NCBI GenBank assembly: GCA_030390025.1 | Contig: CM059432.1 | Span: forward strand, 39,496,001 to 39,560,000 | Reading direction: 5' to 3' | From: Squalus acanthias | Lineage: Eukaryota | Length of the DNA stretch: 64,000 bases | Part shown: positions 1 through 12,553 of the stretch, piece after piece | How positions within the stretch are numbered: the first letter of the stretch is position 1 | How the letters are laid out: each line of letters starts with the position of its first letter | Made by a program: the position numbers and the translations under genes | The notes under the pieces: generated by a model | What the model was told of the DNA's origin: nothing | The model's database searches: none | What the model saw: the letters and a program-made list of their open reading frames with translations, nothing else

Positions 1-140
1 CAGAGATAATTCCCATAACCTACAGGGCTACGGACCAAGAGCTGGAAAGTGGGATTAGGCTGGATAGCTCTTGTTCGGCCGGCACAGACAGGATGGGCCA
101 AATGGCCGCCTTCTGTGCCGTAAATTTCCATGATTCTATA
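1..140 (+). mobile_element. CR1 LINE 3' end fragment
   Basis: Encodes ...LQGYGPRAGKWD* then a 3' UTR ending ATGATTCTAT; same layout as the CR1 ends at 10416-10540 and 40530-40666. Confidence 0.85.
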
Positions 141-1733
141 GTTGAACTGCTGTCATATTTAGGTATGGTTTGGTCCTGGCTATCCAATGCCACAGGAAAT
201 CTGCCAGCATATTATTAAGAAACTCTTGTTTCTTAATGCCACTCCTTGTAATCTCCATGAATAACTGAGCATGAAATAAGTGCATCTTCTCTCTATTACA
301 AGCAATTCAGTGATCATAAGCTATACAACTCTTTCCTTACACCAAGCTTCTCCTGGGTGAATAAATCTGCCTTTCCTTCTACTATTCTAGTGTTTCTTCC
401 AGGGGCAACCTAAGAGTCAGTATTGCGAGAGGTGGTTGGCTACCTTTGTGGTACACAAGGCTCATGGGACTGAGGTGGCCCTCTTCTTATGGCATTTTGG
501 TGCTAGGAGGGAGCCACTACTGGCTGCATCTCTTGGACAGCCTGGTGTCACTTTCTATGTGCCGCTTGCATGGTGCTCTGAGAGAGAAGGCTAGATGCCT
601 GGCAAATGATGCCTGAGAAAGAGGATCCTCAGCAGGTCCACTCCAGCTGTCATTATTGCCCTGGGTCTTGGATATGTTTGTATACATATTATCAAAATGG
701 CTGGTCTAATGTCAGCTTTCAGATCCTGAAAGCTCTGCGAGACAGCTGCCTACATCCTGGCCCATGTGTCTGAAAGCCAGGGTACAATGTGCTGTCTAAT
801 CTGTGCCAACAGACATCAGGGCAACACTCTGCACTTCTGTGGAAGAGGAAACACTGACTGGCACTGGCAACTTGACAGATGAGGAAATGTTGCAGATTCC
901 AATGCCGCTCCATTGTTGCCTGCATTGGAGAAATAGATTACATAATGTTACTGTAAGTGAGGGCTGCAGTCTCTAGAGTCACAGCTGTCAGTTGCTGCAC
1001 ATCCTTTGAGACTGACCTCAGAGTCTGCACATAGAGGTGATGGTCTTCGTACATTCTTCTCTTCAAGCAAGTACCCATGATGAGTTCCATGACTCCTTAG
1101 CCACGGACAGCCTTTTCCTCGGCCTCTGCTGGGAAGCAGGCACAACCTCACCCATCACCCACTCCTCTAGCCCCATCATTCTCTATGAATTAACTGGTGC
1201 CACATCCTCACTGACACAATTTACTTCCCAGTTCCCACTCTCCACCACCCCGCTCCCCCAGGTGAAAGTATCTGAACTGTTATGTGGGAGTGAGAACAAG
1301 TGATGCAGGGGGTGAGATCACGGGGGTTGGGGCAGAAGAACACGAAGCCAGATCTGGAACACTGGTCCTGTGCAGCACTGGGAGAAAGATGCCAGGAGAA
1401 TCAGCCCAGAAATAAGAATAAAATTCTGAAAAACATCATGAACCTTTCCTGTAAAATGTATGTATTAATGTTGGAAATACCTACAAGAAGTTGCCCCCAC
1501 ATAGACCTGCCCTTCTGTCTGGCATCTGAGGCTTGAAAATTTCACATGGGCCTTATGTGCTGCAGAATTTTAGCTACTGTGGGCAAACTGTGTGTGTCAG
1601 AAAGATGGGAATTATAGTTTTCAGTTTGTTCTATGGATTTAACAATTCAGGAATGCAGTGCAACAACCCATGTCACATGACAAACCAGGTAGAAAAGGAC
1701 CAGGGAGTTCCAGCTCATGTGGAGAAATTCTGT

Positions 1734-1896
1734 GGGGATAATTTGAACCTACCCTGCCTGGCAGGATTGAATCATCCGTCCGTGAAACACTCTGTGTGAC
1801 TGAAGTCAATTGAAAGTAAAATCGGGCGGGGTGTAAAGCGGCAGCTGATCCAATCCCATCAGCTTCCCACTGGACGGGTTATGTTAAAATAACCCC
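1734..1896. mobile_element. Short MITE, Harbinger-type termini
   Basis: TIR GGGGATAATTT...AAATAACCCC flanked on both sides by TGT (1731-1733, 1897-1899). Confidence 0.7.
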
Positions 1897-2089
1897 TGTG
1901 TGTTTGAAAGAGGGGAGTTGAGAGTTGTAGTTTTTTTTTTTACTTGCTGTAGAGAGTACTGTGACAATGTTACATACAGCATAAGCCATTAAATAAAAAT
2001 TCTGAGCTAACAATATAGTTTAAGATAAGGTCACTAAGAGAACCTGGGCCAGAGGCATATTTTTATGATGCACTGATACTGACTTAGAA

Positions 2090-3089
2090 CATGATTGTTT
2101 CTTCTCCACCTTCCGTCAGGTGGCGTTGTCATTGGTCCAGCAATGCCCAGGGAGGTTTTTTCCATTGTCAGGTCTCCAATGACCGGCACCTGAACACGTG
2201 GCTAGTCATCATGTTTTGGGTCAGCCTGACTAACCCCCTACAGTCATGGGCTGGATTTTGTCAATGGGGACGTGATGGAGGCGAGACTCCCACTTTTTGG
2301 GTTGTAGTCCCGCCTCCATCGACTTGTGGCCAACCCACTGTATTTTCCCTTGATTGACCTTGTTAAGCCCGCCCAGCGGGCTTCGCAGGCCAATCAAGGG
2401 TCCTTGGATACAGGTGACGTCAGCCATTGAAATGTCATCTGTCAAGAGCTTTTGACAGATGAAATTTCAGCGTTTGACAGCTCTGTGAAGCTGTCAAACA
2501 CTGACAATATAATTTCTAACTTGAGTCCCTGTACTGAGACTCAGTTAGAAATCAATCCAGCACAGAAAGCAAAGACTGCAGCTTTTGACAGCTCCGCGGC
2601 GATTCTGCTTTCTCTGCCGGTGAGCTGAGGGACTCCCGACACCTTAAGGAAGCTAGCCTGCAGGACAAAGTTAAGGTAAGTAAAAGTTCTTAAAACACTT
2701 ACACACACCAAACACACTTACCTCTGCACTCATGCACCCATCACTCACCTGCACACCGGACATCTCGACCCCTCCAAGCCCTCCAGACCGACGGTCCGCC
2801 TCGCTAAATCGGCATGGTTTGGACCTGTCGGGAAGCCCACACATCAGGGCTAAAAATAGGGATTAGGCAAAAAACTGCCTGTTAACTACCTGTTAACAGG
2901 CAGTTTATTGGCACTAATCCCTTTCCCGCCTCGGGGAGGCAGGTCCCAGCACAGGTCGGGTACACGCCTCCTGGGAAACTGGCATGGAGGCGGGTTGGGG
3001 GTGGGATGGGTTCGGGACCCCCAAATCTGCTATTTTCACACCACTCCTGCCTCCCAACCTGCCTCCACGGGCCAGTGAAAATTGAGCCC
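2090..3089. mobile_element. Non-autonomous Harbinger-like element (left end uncertain)
   Basis: GC-rich block ending GAAAATTGAGCCC, resembling the ends of other elements here; internal short inverted repeats. Confidence 0.45.
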
Positions 3090-3229
3090 ATAATGTCTGA
3101 TCTTATCGGAGAGGACAGCAGATCTGTATCTGAAAGATTCTGGGCTCGCCTCTTTCTGCCATCTTCCTTGTTGACCAACTTGCTAGGTCGCAGCAGGGGG
3201 TCCGGTAATGTAGTGATTATTGGATTATT

Positions 3230-3480
3230 GATTATTAGTGGTATTGGATTTGCAATAAAATGGTTGAGAGTTCAAATCCCACCATTGCAAATTTGGAAAT
3301 TGAATTCAATAAATCTAGTCAAAACCCAACTGGTTCATTAATGTCCTTCAGGAAAGGGAACTTATCACCCCTAGTATACATGTGGCTCCAGTCCACACTA
3401 TGTGGTTGGCTTTACCAGGGATGGGCACTAATTGCTGGCTTGTCAACATTGCTCTACATCCCAAGAACAAATAATTAAAA
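3230..3480 (+). mobile_element. Decayed SINE sharing its tail with the LINE at 44005-45855
   Basis: B-box-like GTTCAAATCCC at ~3270; tail AGGGATGGGCACTAATTGCTGGCTTGTCAAC...CATCCCAAGAA matches LINE tail AGGGATGGACAATAAATGCTGGCCTTGCCAGC...CATCCCATGAA. Confidence 0.6.
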
Positions 3481-4399
3481 GCCATTATGAAGTCTTGACA
3501 AAGCAAAGGAATCCACGATTAGAAATCACTGCAGTTGAACATAGAAGCTGGAGGAGAAAATACCACAACACACACCACTTACCTGCTGTGGCTCCAGGAA
3601 CCTGCTGCAAGTGTAAAGTTTCCATCCCTTCCCCCCAGTGATTTACCCCAATGCCTATTAAAATGAGGTGGCCCTGCAAATTCTGTCGGGATCAGTGGTG
3701 GATGTAAGGCTTGACCAGCTGGCATAAAGGGGGGGCAATATGCAATGCAGATTTCAGGGCCCACAATTTTAGTGTCAGTGTGAAGCCAAACCATTTTGCA
3801 CTGATGTTAAACCTGTAGTGCAAATGCCTTGTTGTATCCTTTGAATCCTCATGTCCTTCATACCTGTGTATGGAAGGTAGCAGGCCTAATAACAATTTGC
3901 AAAAATCTAGAAAGAGTTTAGTTGATGTCGTATTTATTATTGTTCCTTCAATTAGCTGTATAATATAAAGTAATTGGTGAGTTTAAGAAGATTATACATT
4001 GCTTAGAAATCCTGAAATGCTCTGGAATGCCCTCATAGTAAATATGAATGACTCCCTGTAGTTATATAACTTACAGTAGATACATATTTACATAAATATA
4101 TATGATTACAACTAATTATTAGTCAGTGGTAACAATTACTTTCAAATGTGTCTTATAGCACCAATATTTAGTCAAGATAAAAAAGGCAGGAAATGACAGC
4201 TTGGCTTACTTCAGATCAACCACTTAATAATTAGCTTAATTGGTGTTTAAATCATTATGGTGGTAATTCATTATGGCTCAATGTGATTCAGTGTATAAAA
4301 GGTAGGTTAGCAGCAATTCCTGTAATATTATTACTGCCAGTGAAAACATTCTGCTATAAGTAGTGACTGTGAGGTAACGTAACTATATACAGGGTGAAT

Positions 4400-5050
4400 C
4401 TGTCTATAGACAGCAAAAAACAGATGGGATATGCTATAGAACCTTAAGGAAATAAGCAAGGAAATAGGCAAGAGTCTGGTTAATATATAAGATCTGAAAT
4501 ATGGTTCAACTTATCACATATTTGAAAGTAGACCTGGAACCAAATCACAGATCAATTAGTCTAATATAAATAGTACACAAGGGGTATATTGAACTTTGGC
4601 CACATGATTAAGGACATAAATGTGGAATTAGGAATCCTGAGGTGATACTGGAGACTAAACTTTAAACTATTTTTGTACAAAGTTGCAGACATGTAGCATA
4701 GGTTACCATTAAATTTAGGGAAATAAAGTATACATTCATTCTTGACAACGGAACTGATGAATACCTGGTTATAAAGGGGCTTGAAGATTATGAGGAAAAA
4801 TAGTCATAGGTGATCAAACACTCTATAGAGCATAGCACTTCTAGTTCTGTTATGGTCATGGGAATGCCATCTGTGGGAAACAGCCAGTGACAGTTGAGTA
4901 ATGTGTATTGTAATATTAGATTAAGGTTTGGAGTTCTTGCTCGATTAGCTTTGGTCAGAAAGGAATTTTACAGTGAGTTTTTTTTCTTGTAGGGTTTACA
5001 TTTGACAATTTACCTCCCTCGGGAGATTAAATTAGTTTGGAGAGTTTTTA
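4400..5050 (+). mobile_element. Very old CR1 remnant
   Basis: Weak resemblance to CR1 ORF2 C-terminus and 3' UTR; heavily decayed. Confidence 0.35.
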
Positions 5051-5493
5051 CCAGTATAAGTAGTGCTGTCCAACTTTATTTTATAGTTAATTTTCTAAAC
5101 CATCAAGTTTTTTCTTAACAGAACTTCTATGTAATCTATCTGCCTATTTATGATGAAAACATACTTTGGATTGAAATCATGCTGTGTGATATCAGTAACA
5201 ATTACATTAATGTATCCATTTGAAGTTCTTCTGCCCACTATTTCAACGGGTTTAATAACTTTGTTAAAATAGTGGACAGATCCTGAAAATTACTGTTTGG
5301 AAAATAAGCATGCAAATACTTAATGCATTCATATGACATTTTTCAGGCTGCTATTTTAATAGCAGCATTAATCAGTTTATTTTAAACTGCAAATCCTGGG
5401 AATATAAAAGAAAAACAGATAATTTCCAAATGCTGATGCATATGCTGCGTATTTCTAACAAAACACTGAAACTACTTCGCTACATTTTACAAT

Positions 5494-6239
5494 GGCCCGA
5501 AAATTAGACCTAATACGCGAGAGTACGCACTGTGTACTCTCGCGTTTTAGGTCTCCAATTGCCGGTTTCCAGCATGCACTGTGCATGCGCGGGAAACCGG
5601 CACTTCGTGAACTCAAAAGGGGGCGGTTCCTAAGTGAACCACGTGCGCGCTACAGGCTGCGCGCACGCAGTGCACTTAGTGCTTTGAACGCGCAGGTAAG
5701 CATGGAAGATTTTGCACATAAAGAAAGGAGGCGTAAGACCCTCTTTTAACAAGGTAAGTAGTTAATTAAGTATTATTTTACATTTTTTTCAACAGGTTTA
5801 TCTTTTTTAGAGACTTTAAAGAAAGGTAAGTTTATTTTTATAACTTTTAAAAAGATTTTAAATTTTTTCAAAAATTTAATTTTTTGTTTAAAGTGGTTAA
5901 TTTATTTAACTATACTTATTTTATAAATGTGATGGCTTTTTTTAAAAAAAATTTAATTGAGGTTTAGCTGTTCTTTTGGGGGGTATAGATTCATAGCTTT
6001 GACAGCCCTTGCTGTCAAAACTATGAATGAAAGATGGTGTGCTGCCATTGGCTCTAACTGAATCACGTGATCCCAGAGCTCGCACGAACTAACTCCGTCT
6101 CTGGGATACGCACACACTGCACAGCTGCAGCCTTGAAACTAAAGTTCGTGTGAGCTCGGAGGGAAAAGGTAGGCGCGCAGTGAGATATCACGGGGAAGCC
6201 TTACCCCCGCAGGAACGCTCCGTCTTTAATTTCTGGGCC
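5494..6239. mobile_element. Non-autonomous Harbinger-type MITE
   Basis: TIR GGCCCGAAAATTAGAC / GTCTTTAATTTCTGGGCC; AAT on both flanks; GC-rich arms with AT-rich core; related in reverse to 51678-52444. Confidence 0.8.
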
Positions 6240-6431
6240 AATATATTTGCACTTTCATATGGAGAGCTGATGGCCACATGATTTCCATCAATGTCGCCTG
6301 CACTCGTGGAAACCCTGCCAGTCAGTACTGGTTTTTTTTGCCCTCTCAAGATGCTAGGGTCTTTCCACTTGGAAAACAATTAATGTGCTACGCCTGGAAA
6401 ACATGGCATTTGTCAGTCCAATATACATTTA

Positions 6432-6619
6432 TAGAAACATAAAAAAATAGGAGCAGGAGTAGGCCATTCGGCCCTTCGAGCCTGCTCCGCCATTCAATAT
6501 GATCATGGCTGATCCTCTATCTCAATACCATATTCCCGCTCTCTCCCCATACCCCTTGATGCCTTTTGTGTCTAGAAATCTATCTATCTCCTTCTTAAAT
6601 ATATTCAGTGACTTGGCCT
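6432..6619 (-). mobile_element. CR1 LINE 3' end fragment
   Basis: Reverse complement of the tail at 27830-28026 (GGAGCAGGAGTAGGCCATTCGGCCC...). Confidence 0.9.
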
Positions 6620-7030
6620 GACTTGCAGATTTAGCTGATGTGCATTGCTGTGGCTTGGTAGGTTTCTGTGACAGCAAAAGCTAAGGCCCTTGCCACTTTC
6701 ACAGCTACAGGTAGTGTTGTAGTATTCCTGATGATGGTCTGAAGATCTGTAGCAGGTGACATAAGTTGGTCACACCATCCCTGCTGAAGCACAGGCACCA
6801 AAAGCAGGTTCCCTAGGTATGGCTGGCATGCTCTATATATTTGGGGTACTGCTGAGACTGTACATAGCCCCTGAGGTGCCCTTGCACTTGAAGATGTATC
6901 CCCTCATACATTCATCCCCTTCATCTAGGTAACATAGTGCAATTGGAATCCCAACAATACACATTAACCAAATGTCATTTGGTATTTCCCACAAATGACC
7001 TTGCTTGGCTGCAATTGGGACAACAACCAA
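6620..7030 (-). pseudogene. Old Harbinger transposase N-terminal fragment
   Basis: Manual translation gives ...VTNLCHLL...TTLPVAVKVARALAF..., matching VTELCHLL...LSVAVKVTVALNFY of the copy at 43851. Confidence 0.7.
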
Positions 7031-7344
7031 GACTTCAGGTAAAGGTGGTCTTGTTAAAATTCATACTTCAGCAAAAGGCCCAAAAATGAACAAGATGTGC
7101 AATGCAGCCTTCCAAAAATGCTCAGCTCAAAAAATCCTTGTTAAATCACTACAGATAAAACAGCAGCAAGAGAGAATCTCCGAAACAGACCAGACCACTT
7201 GCAAATATTTTATTTGTCCAAGGATCTCGCTGTGGGTAGCTTCACTCAGAGTAAAAAAATACAGTGTGCAGCGGAATTTAAATATTTAAACAAGGGCATG
7301 GCAGGCCCACAACAAAGTCTCCTCTTTAGATAAAATTTTATATT

Positions 7345-7477
7345 AAATTTGTTCTTGGGATGTGGGTGATGCGGGCAAGGCTGAATTTATTGCCCATCCC
7401 TAGATGCTTTTTGAAGGCAGTGGTGGGATTTCTCCTTGAACTGCTGGAATCCTTGTAGTGAAGGTGCTCCCACAATG
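7345..7477 (-). mobile_element. 3' end fragment of the LINE family at 44005-45855
   Basis: GGGATGTGGG...TTTATTGCCCATCCCTAG...TTGAACTGC...GAAGGTGCTCCCACA is the reverse complement of 45715-45840. Confidence 0.75.
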
Positions 7478-7574
7478 ACCATCAGAAAATCAGGTGAGGG
7501 GCAACAGCAGCGTGCAAGTTTGGAGCCCTAACCTTACAGCCCGCGTATGCTGCTACCAAGGCATTTCACTTAAT

Positions 7575-7839
7575 AGGGTTGTCAACCCTGGTTGGACATA
7601 TTCCTGTAGGTTTCATCACATGATTTTTGCCTCCAAGCATCCTGCCCAGTCAAACAGCCTTATTTTCCCATCTCCAATAATTGTACAACTAATAAACGAA
7701 TATGTTCAAAGAAAATGAATGAAACACAATTGTTTTAATGCCCCTATGATTGTTCTCCTGGATTGCTCGCACAAGTGTCCAGGAAATTAATCTTTAATTC
7801 CTGGAGACTCCAGGAAAATCCTGGAGGGTTGGAAACCCT
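7575..7839. mobile_element. MITE with AGGGTTG termini (hAT-like)
   Basis: AGGGTTGTCAACCCT...AGGGTTGGAAACCCT terminal inverted repeat and repeated TCCTGGA/TCCAGGA motifs; no convincing 8-bp TSD. Confidence 0.5.
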
Positions 7840-8155
7840 TCGCACACTATGAGTGGAGCATCAGAAAATGTTCCCCCTCGAGTATCATATAATTATGTAA
7901 ATATTCACATATGTCTGAACTTTGTGAAGAAATATGTACTTCCATCAAAAGAATTGTAACACTGTGCCAACTTTGGTTTTTAAAAGAAATTTATCTGGAA
8001 TTTAGTTTTTTGTGAATTTATTAAGGTAAGGGTGTGCAACATCAGCATTTTATACAATCTACCTGTTAGATGCCAAAAAGTATGGAGTCCATTGGTTGTC
8101 AAACTCCAGAGCAGAGAAAGCGCAATGCCTCTTTCCTCGTTGGGCCGGAAATGTA

Positions 8156-10540
8156 CCTTCTTGATCAGTACGTTTCAGGCCCAACGAGGGAGGAGGCATT
8201 GCTGGATCTGGTTCTGGGGAATGAGGTGGGGCAAGTGGAGCAAGTGTCAGCAGGGGAACATTTAGGGAACAGTGATCATAGTATCATAAGGTTTAGATTA
8301 GCTATGGAAAAGGACAAGGCGCAATCTAGAGTCAAAATACTTAATTGGATGAAGGAAAATTTCAGTGGGGTGAGAATGGATCTGGCCCGGGTAAATTGGA
8401 ATCAAAGATTGGCAGGCAAAACTGTAATCGAACAATGGGCTGCCTTTAAAGAGAAAATGGTTTAGGTACAGTCGAGGTACATTCCCATGAGGGGAAAAGG
8501 TAGGGCAACTAAAGTCAGAGCTCCCTGGATGATGAAAGAGATAGAGAGTACGATAAAGCAGAAAAAGACTGACAAATGTCAGGTTGAGAATACAAGTGAG
8601 AATCAGGCTGAAGATAGAAAGTTCAGAGGGGAAGTGAAAACGAAAATAAGAGGGGAAAAGAGAGAGTATGAGAATAGATTGGCAGCTAACATAAAAGGGA
8701 ATTCAAAAGTCTTCTATAGGCATATAAATAATAAACGGGTAGTAAGAGGAGGGGTGGGGCTGATTAGGGACCAAAAAAGAAACCTACGCATGGAGGCAGA
8801 GGGCATGGCTGAGGTACTAAATGAGTACTTTGCATCTGTCTTCACCAAGGAAGAAGATACTGCCAAAGTCATAGTGAAAGAGGAGGTAGTGGAGATTCTG
8901 GATGAGATAAAAATTGATAAAGAGGAGGTACTCGAAAGGCTGTCTGGACTTAAAGTTGATAAGTCACCAGGACCAGATGGGATGCATCCTAGGATGCTGA
9001 GGGAGGTTAAGGAGGCAATCGCGGAGGTACTGACCATAATCTTCCAATCCTCCTTAGATACAGGGGTGGTGCCAGAGGACTGGAGAATTGCAAATGTTAC
9101 ACCCTTGTTCAAAAAAGGGTGTAAGGATAAACCCAGCAACTACAGGTCAATCAGTTTAACCTCGGTAGTGGGGAAGCTTTTGGAAATGATAATCAGGAAC
9201 AAAGTTAACAGTCACTTGGACAAGTGTGGATTAATTAAGGAAAGCCAGCATGAATTTGTTAAAGGCAAATCGTGTTTAAATAACTTGATCGAGTTTTTTG
9301 ATGAGCTAACAGAGAGGGTTGATGAGGGCAATGCAGTTGACGTGGTGTATATGGACTTCCAAAAGACATTTGATAAAGTGCCACATAATAGGCTCACCGG
9401 CAAAGCTGAAGTCCATGGAATAAAAGGGAACAGTGGCAGCATGGATACAAAATTGGTTAAGTGACAGGAAACAGAGAGTAGTGGTGAACGGTTGTTTTAC
9501 GGACTGGAGGAAGGTATACAGTTGTGTTCCCTAGGGGTCGGAATTAGGACCACAGCTTTTCTTGATATATATTAATGACTTGGACTTGGGAGTACAGGGC
9601 ACAATTTCAAAATTTGCAGATGACACAAAACTTGGAAGTATAGTGAACAGTGAGGAGGACAGTGATAGACTTCAAGAAGATAGAGACAGGCTGGTGAAAT
9701 GGACGGACACGTGGCAGATGAAATTTAACGCAGAAAAGTGCAAAGTGATACATTTTGGAAGGAAGAACGAGGAGAGGCAATATAAACTAAAGGGTACAAT
9801 CCTAAAGTGGGTGCATGAACAGCGAGACCTGCGGGTATAGGTGTACAAATCATTGAAGGTGGCAGGGCAGGTTGAGAAAGTGGTTAAAAAAGCATACGGG
9901 ATACTGGGCTTCATAAATAGAGGTATAGAGTACAAAAGCAAGGAAGTTATGAAGAACCTTTATAAAACACTGGTTTGGCCTCAACTGGAGTATTGTGTCC
10001 AATTCTGGGCACTGCACTTTAGGAAGGATGTGAAGGCCTTAGAGAGGGTGCAGAAAAGATTTACGAGAATGATTCCAGGGATGAGGGAATTCAGTTACGT
10101 GGATAGACTGGAGAAGCTGGGGTTGTTCTCCTTAAAGCAGAGAATGTTGAGAGGAGATTTGATAGAGGTATTCAAAATCATGAGGGGTCTGGACAGAGTA
10201 GATAGAGAGAAACTGTTCCCATTGGCGGAAGGGTCGAGAACCAGAGGACACAGATTTAAAGTGATTGGCAAAAGAATCAAAGGCGACACGAGGAAAAACT
10301 TTTTTACGCAGCGAGTGGTTAGGATCTGGAATGCACTGCCTGAAAGGGTGGTGGAGGCAGATTCGATCATGGCTTTCAAAAGGGCATTGGTTAAGTACCT
10401 GAAGGGAAAAAAATTGCAGGGCTACGGGGAAAGGGCGGGGGAGTGGGATTAGCTGAAGTGCTCTTGCAGAGAGCCGGCACGGGCTCGACGGGCTGAATGG
10501 CCTCCTTCTGTGCTGTAACCATTCTATGATTCTATGATTC
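8156..10540 (+). mobile_element. 5'-truncated CR1 LINE, ORF2 (endonuclease C-terminus and reverse transcriptase) pseudogene
   Basis: ORFs 8070-10452 contain LLDLVLGN, HLGNSDH, KSPGPDGMHP, VPEDWRIANVTPLFKKG, YMDFQKTFDKVPH and KFADDTKL, with several stops/frameshifts; (ATTCTATG)n tail at 10521-10540. Confidence 0.97.
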
Positions 10541-12553
10541 AGTGAGAGAGAGACAGAGAGAGAGATGGATGTTAGTGCTGTGAATAGAATATTTTTCCAC
10601 TTATGTCACTCATTGTCAGCATCAAATACTCACATGCAGATGAGAACTCTACTCTTCTGCCTAACATAATACATTCTTGGAAGAAGATACATTTACTGCA
10701 CCAATATGATTTTGGATTGAGACTCATTTCATATTGGCCCTTTACCACCAGCCGAGAGAGTAGGTTTTCATCAGTCTGGCCTGGATTCAGCTCACTGAAG
10801 CGAGTGCTTGTGATTATTTCACTTTGTTTCATGGATATAACCTCTTGCTCACATTAGATATGTTTGACGGACATTATGAAAATGTATTTAGTACATATAT
10901 TTTTTTATTTGGTAACTATTTTTAATATGTGAAAAAAAGTGTATGTTTGAAACAAAATTTTACAAATGTGTTACAATCTATCTACAGTATATGGAAGGAC
11001 ATTGTAAAGCTTTATTTCAGATTTTTGAAATACTTACAATAATTCTAATCAGCTGCAACACTTAAAATAACATAAGCATCTCTTTAAATATGTGAACAAG
11101 TGTTGGTATATTAATGATTAATTATCTACAGGTTGAACAACATTTTTGTAAAATTAAGTTTTGTAATTTTTTTTGCACTAAAGCTTCAATATGCTCACAA
11201 ACAGAAAACCATTTTCCAATATCACCACATTAGACTATCAGAACGTTATGGTTTTCTAATAAAATTTGCCTGAAACTATAAATTACAGTTAAAGTGTGTT
11301 TTATTTAAATAATTATGTAGTTTAAAATACATATAATTTCTTATGCAGTGGAACTACATCACTGTGTGCCGAAGAGGTCAGTATAAACCCGAGGGGGTAA
11401 TTTTAAACTAGCTTAAAACCAACTGCAAATTAAATTGACTAAAATTAGGCTGTACCAGACAGACTAATTTGAATCCCTACTGAATTCTTGTTCTACCTGA
11501 CACACCAGCAAATGCCTTGGCCAGGTAATCTGATTCTGTCTGGCACATGTCCTAATACAGGGCAGAGGTGAATCCAAACATAAGGGAGATTGAATTCTTT
11601 TCAGATCAACAAATCTGAACTGAGTTCAGTGTCTCGGTGTCAATGGGATAAAACAGGCCTATAGTTTTCAGAATGCTGCCATTCTTTTTGAATAAATCTT
11701 TTTTTCAGCTTAAAACTAAATTTCCTACCAATACACAGCTGGCCACTGGAAATTGAAGATTAGATTTCAAGTTTCTATTTTAATTGGAACAAAATACATA
11801 TTTTTGTTAAAAGACAAGAACATTTTCAATCTCACTAGTTGTGCTAAAACAGTCCGTTAAAATTGAGGGAATCGTTTCCCAAAAACATACAGGATCTGCA
11901 ATTTGTCTAGTTTAAAATTTTCCTAATTAAGATTTTCTTCACTGGTAAGTCTCTACTTGTTCAAGTTATTGAACAGCTCTTTCAATGCTATAGACGGCTC
12001 TTTGTAGAAAAGTTTAAGGGCTAAAACGTCGGTTGCGTAGCGCCCATTGTTTAGACGCTACGGGTGCCCACTGGTTGGGCACTACGGGTGACGTTTTGGG
12101 TCAAAAATGGCCAAGCAGCGTGCGCATACTTCTGGTGCGGGTTGCGCTATACGCCATTTTGGTGAGGGCGTTAGCATCAGCGCTGGAAGCGTGTGCTGGA
12201 AATATGCAGAGTAAACAGATCGTGACGTCAATCAGCGTGTAACGCTGACTTGACGCCGGTGCTGCCATTTTCGACCTCAATGCTGGAGCTAATGCCCTCT
12301 CTTAACCTCCCACAGCTGAGCATTCATGCAGCAGCAGGAAGGACCCCCCACCAGCGCTATTTAAAGGGATCATCACCTACTTAGAGGTTTTATGCTGATT
12401 GACTTCTACTAGCTGTTGCTGAGTTTGTAGAAGAGCTTGACGCTTTCTAGACTTCTTTAAAGTTGCCTAACATCCACAAGGAGTGGTGTGGTATGTCGTC
12501 AAGGAATTGGTACTAACTTGCAAGGAGTCTGCTCAGACCTGTGGCTCTCAGAC

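Noticed and set aside
440..1400. Possible very old Harbinger Myb gene remnant on the minus strand
   Set aside because: Compositional resemblance only; no diagnostic motif could be read
8714..10379. Minus-strand ORFs overlapping CR1 (also 27097-27959 and 44941-45755)
   Set aside because: Antisense shadows of LINE coding sequence
10570..10860. Overlapping ~85-aa ORFs or possible exon in unique sequence
   Set aside because: No recognisable domain or convincing splice pair; could be non-coding conserved DNA but lacks a clear motif cluster
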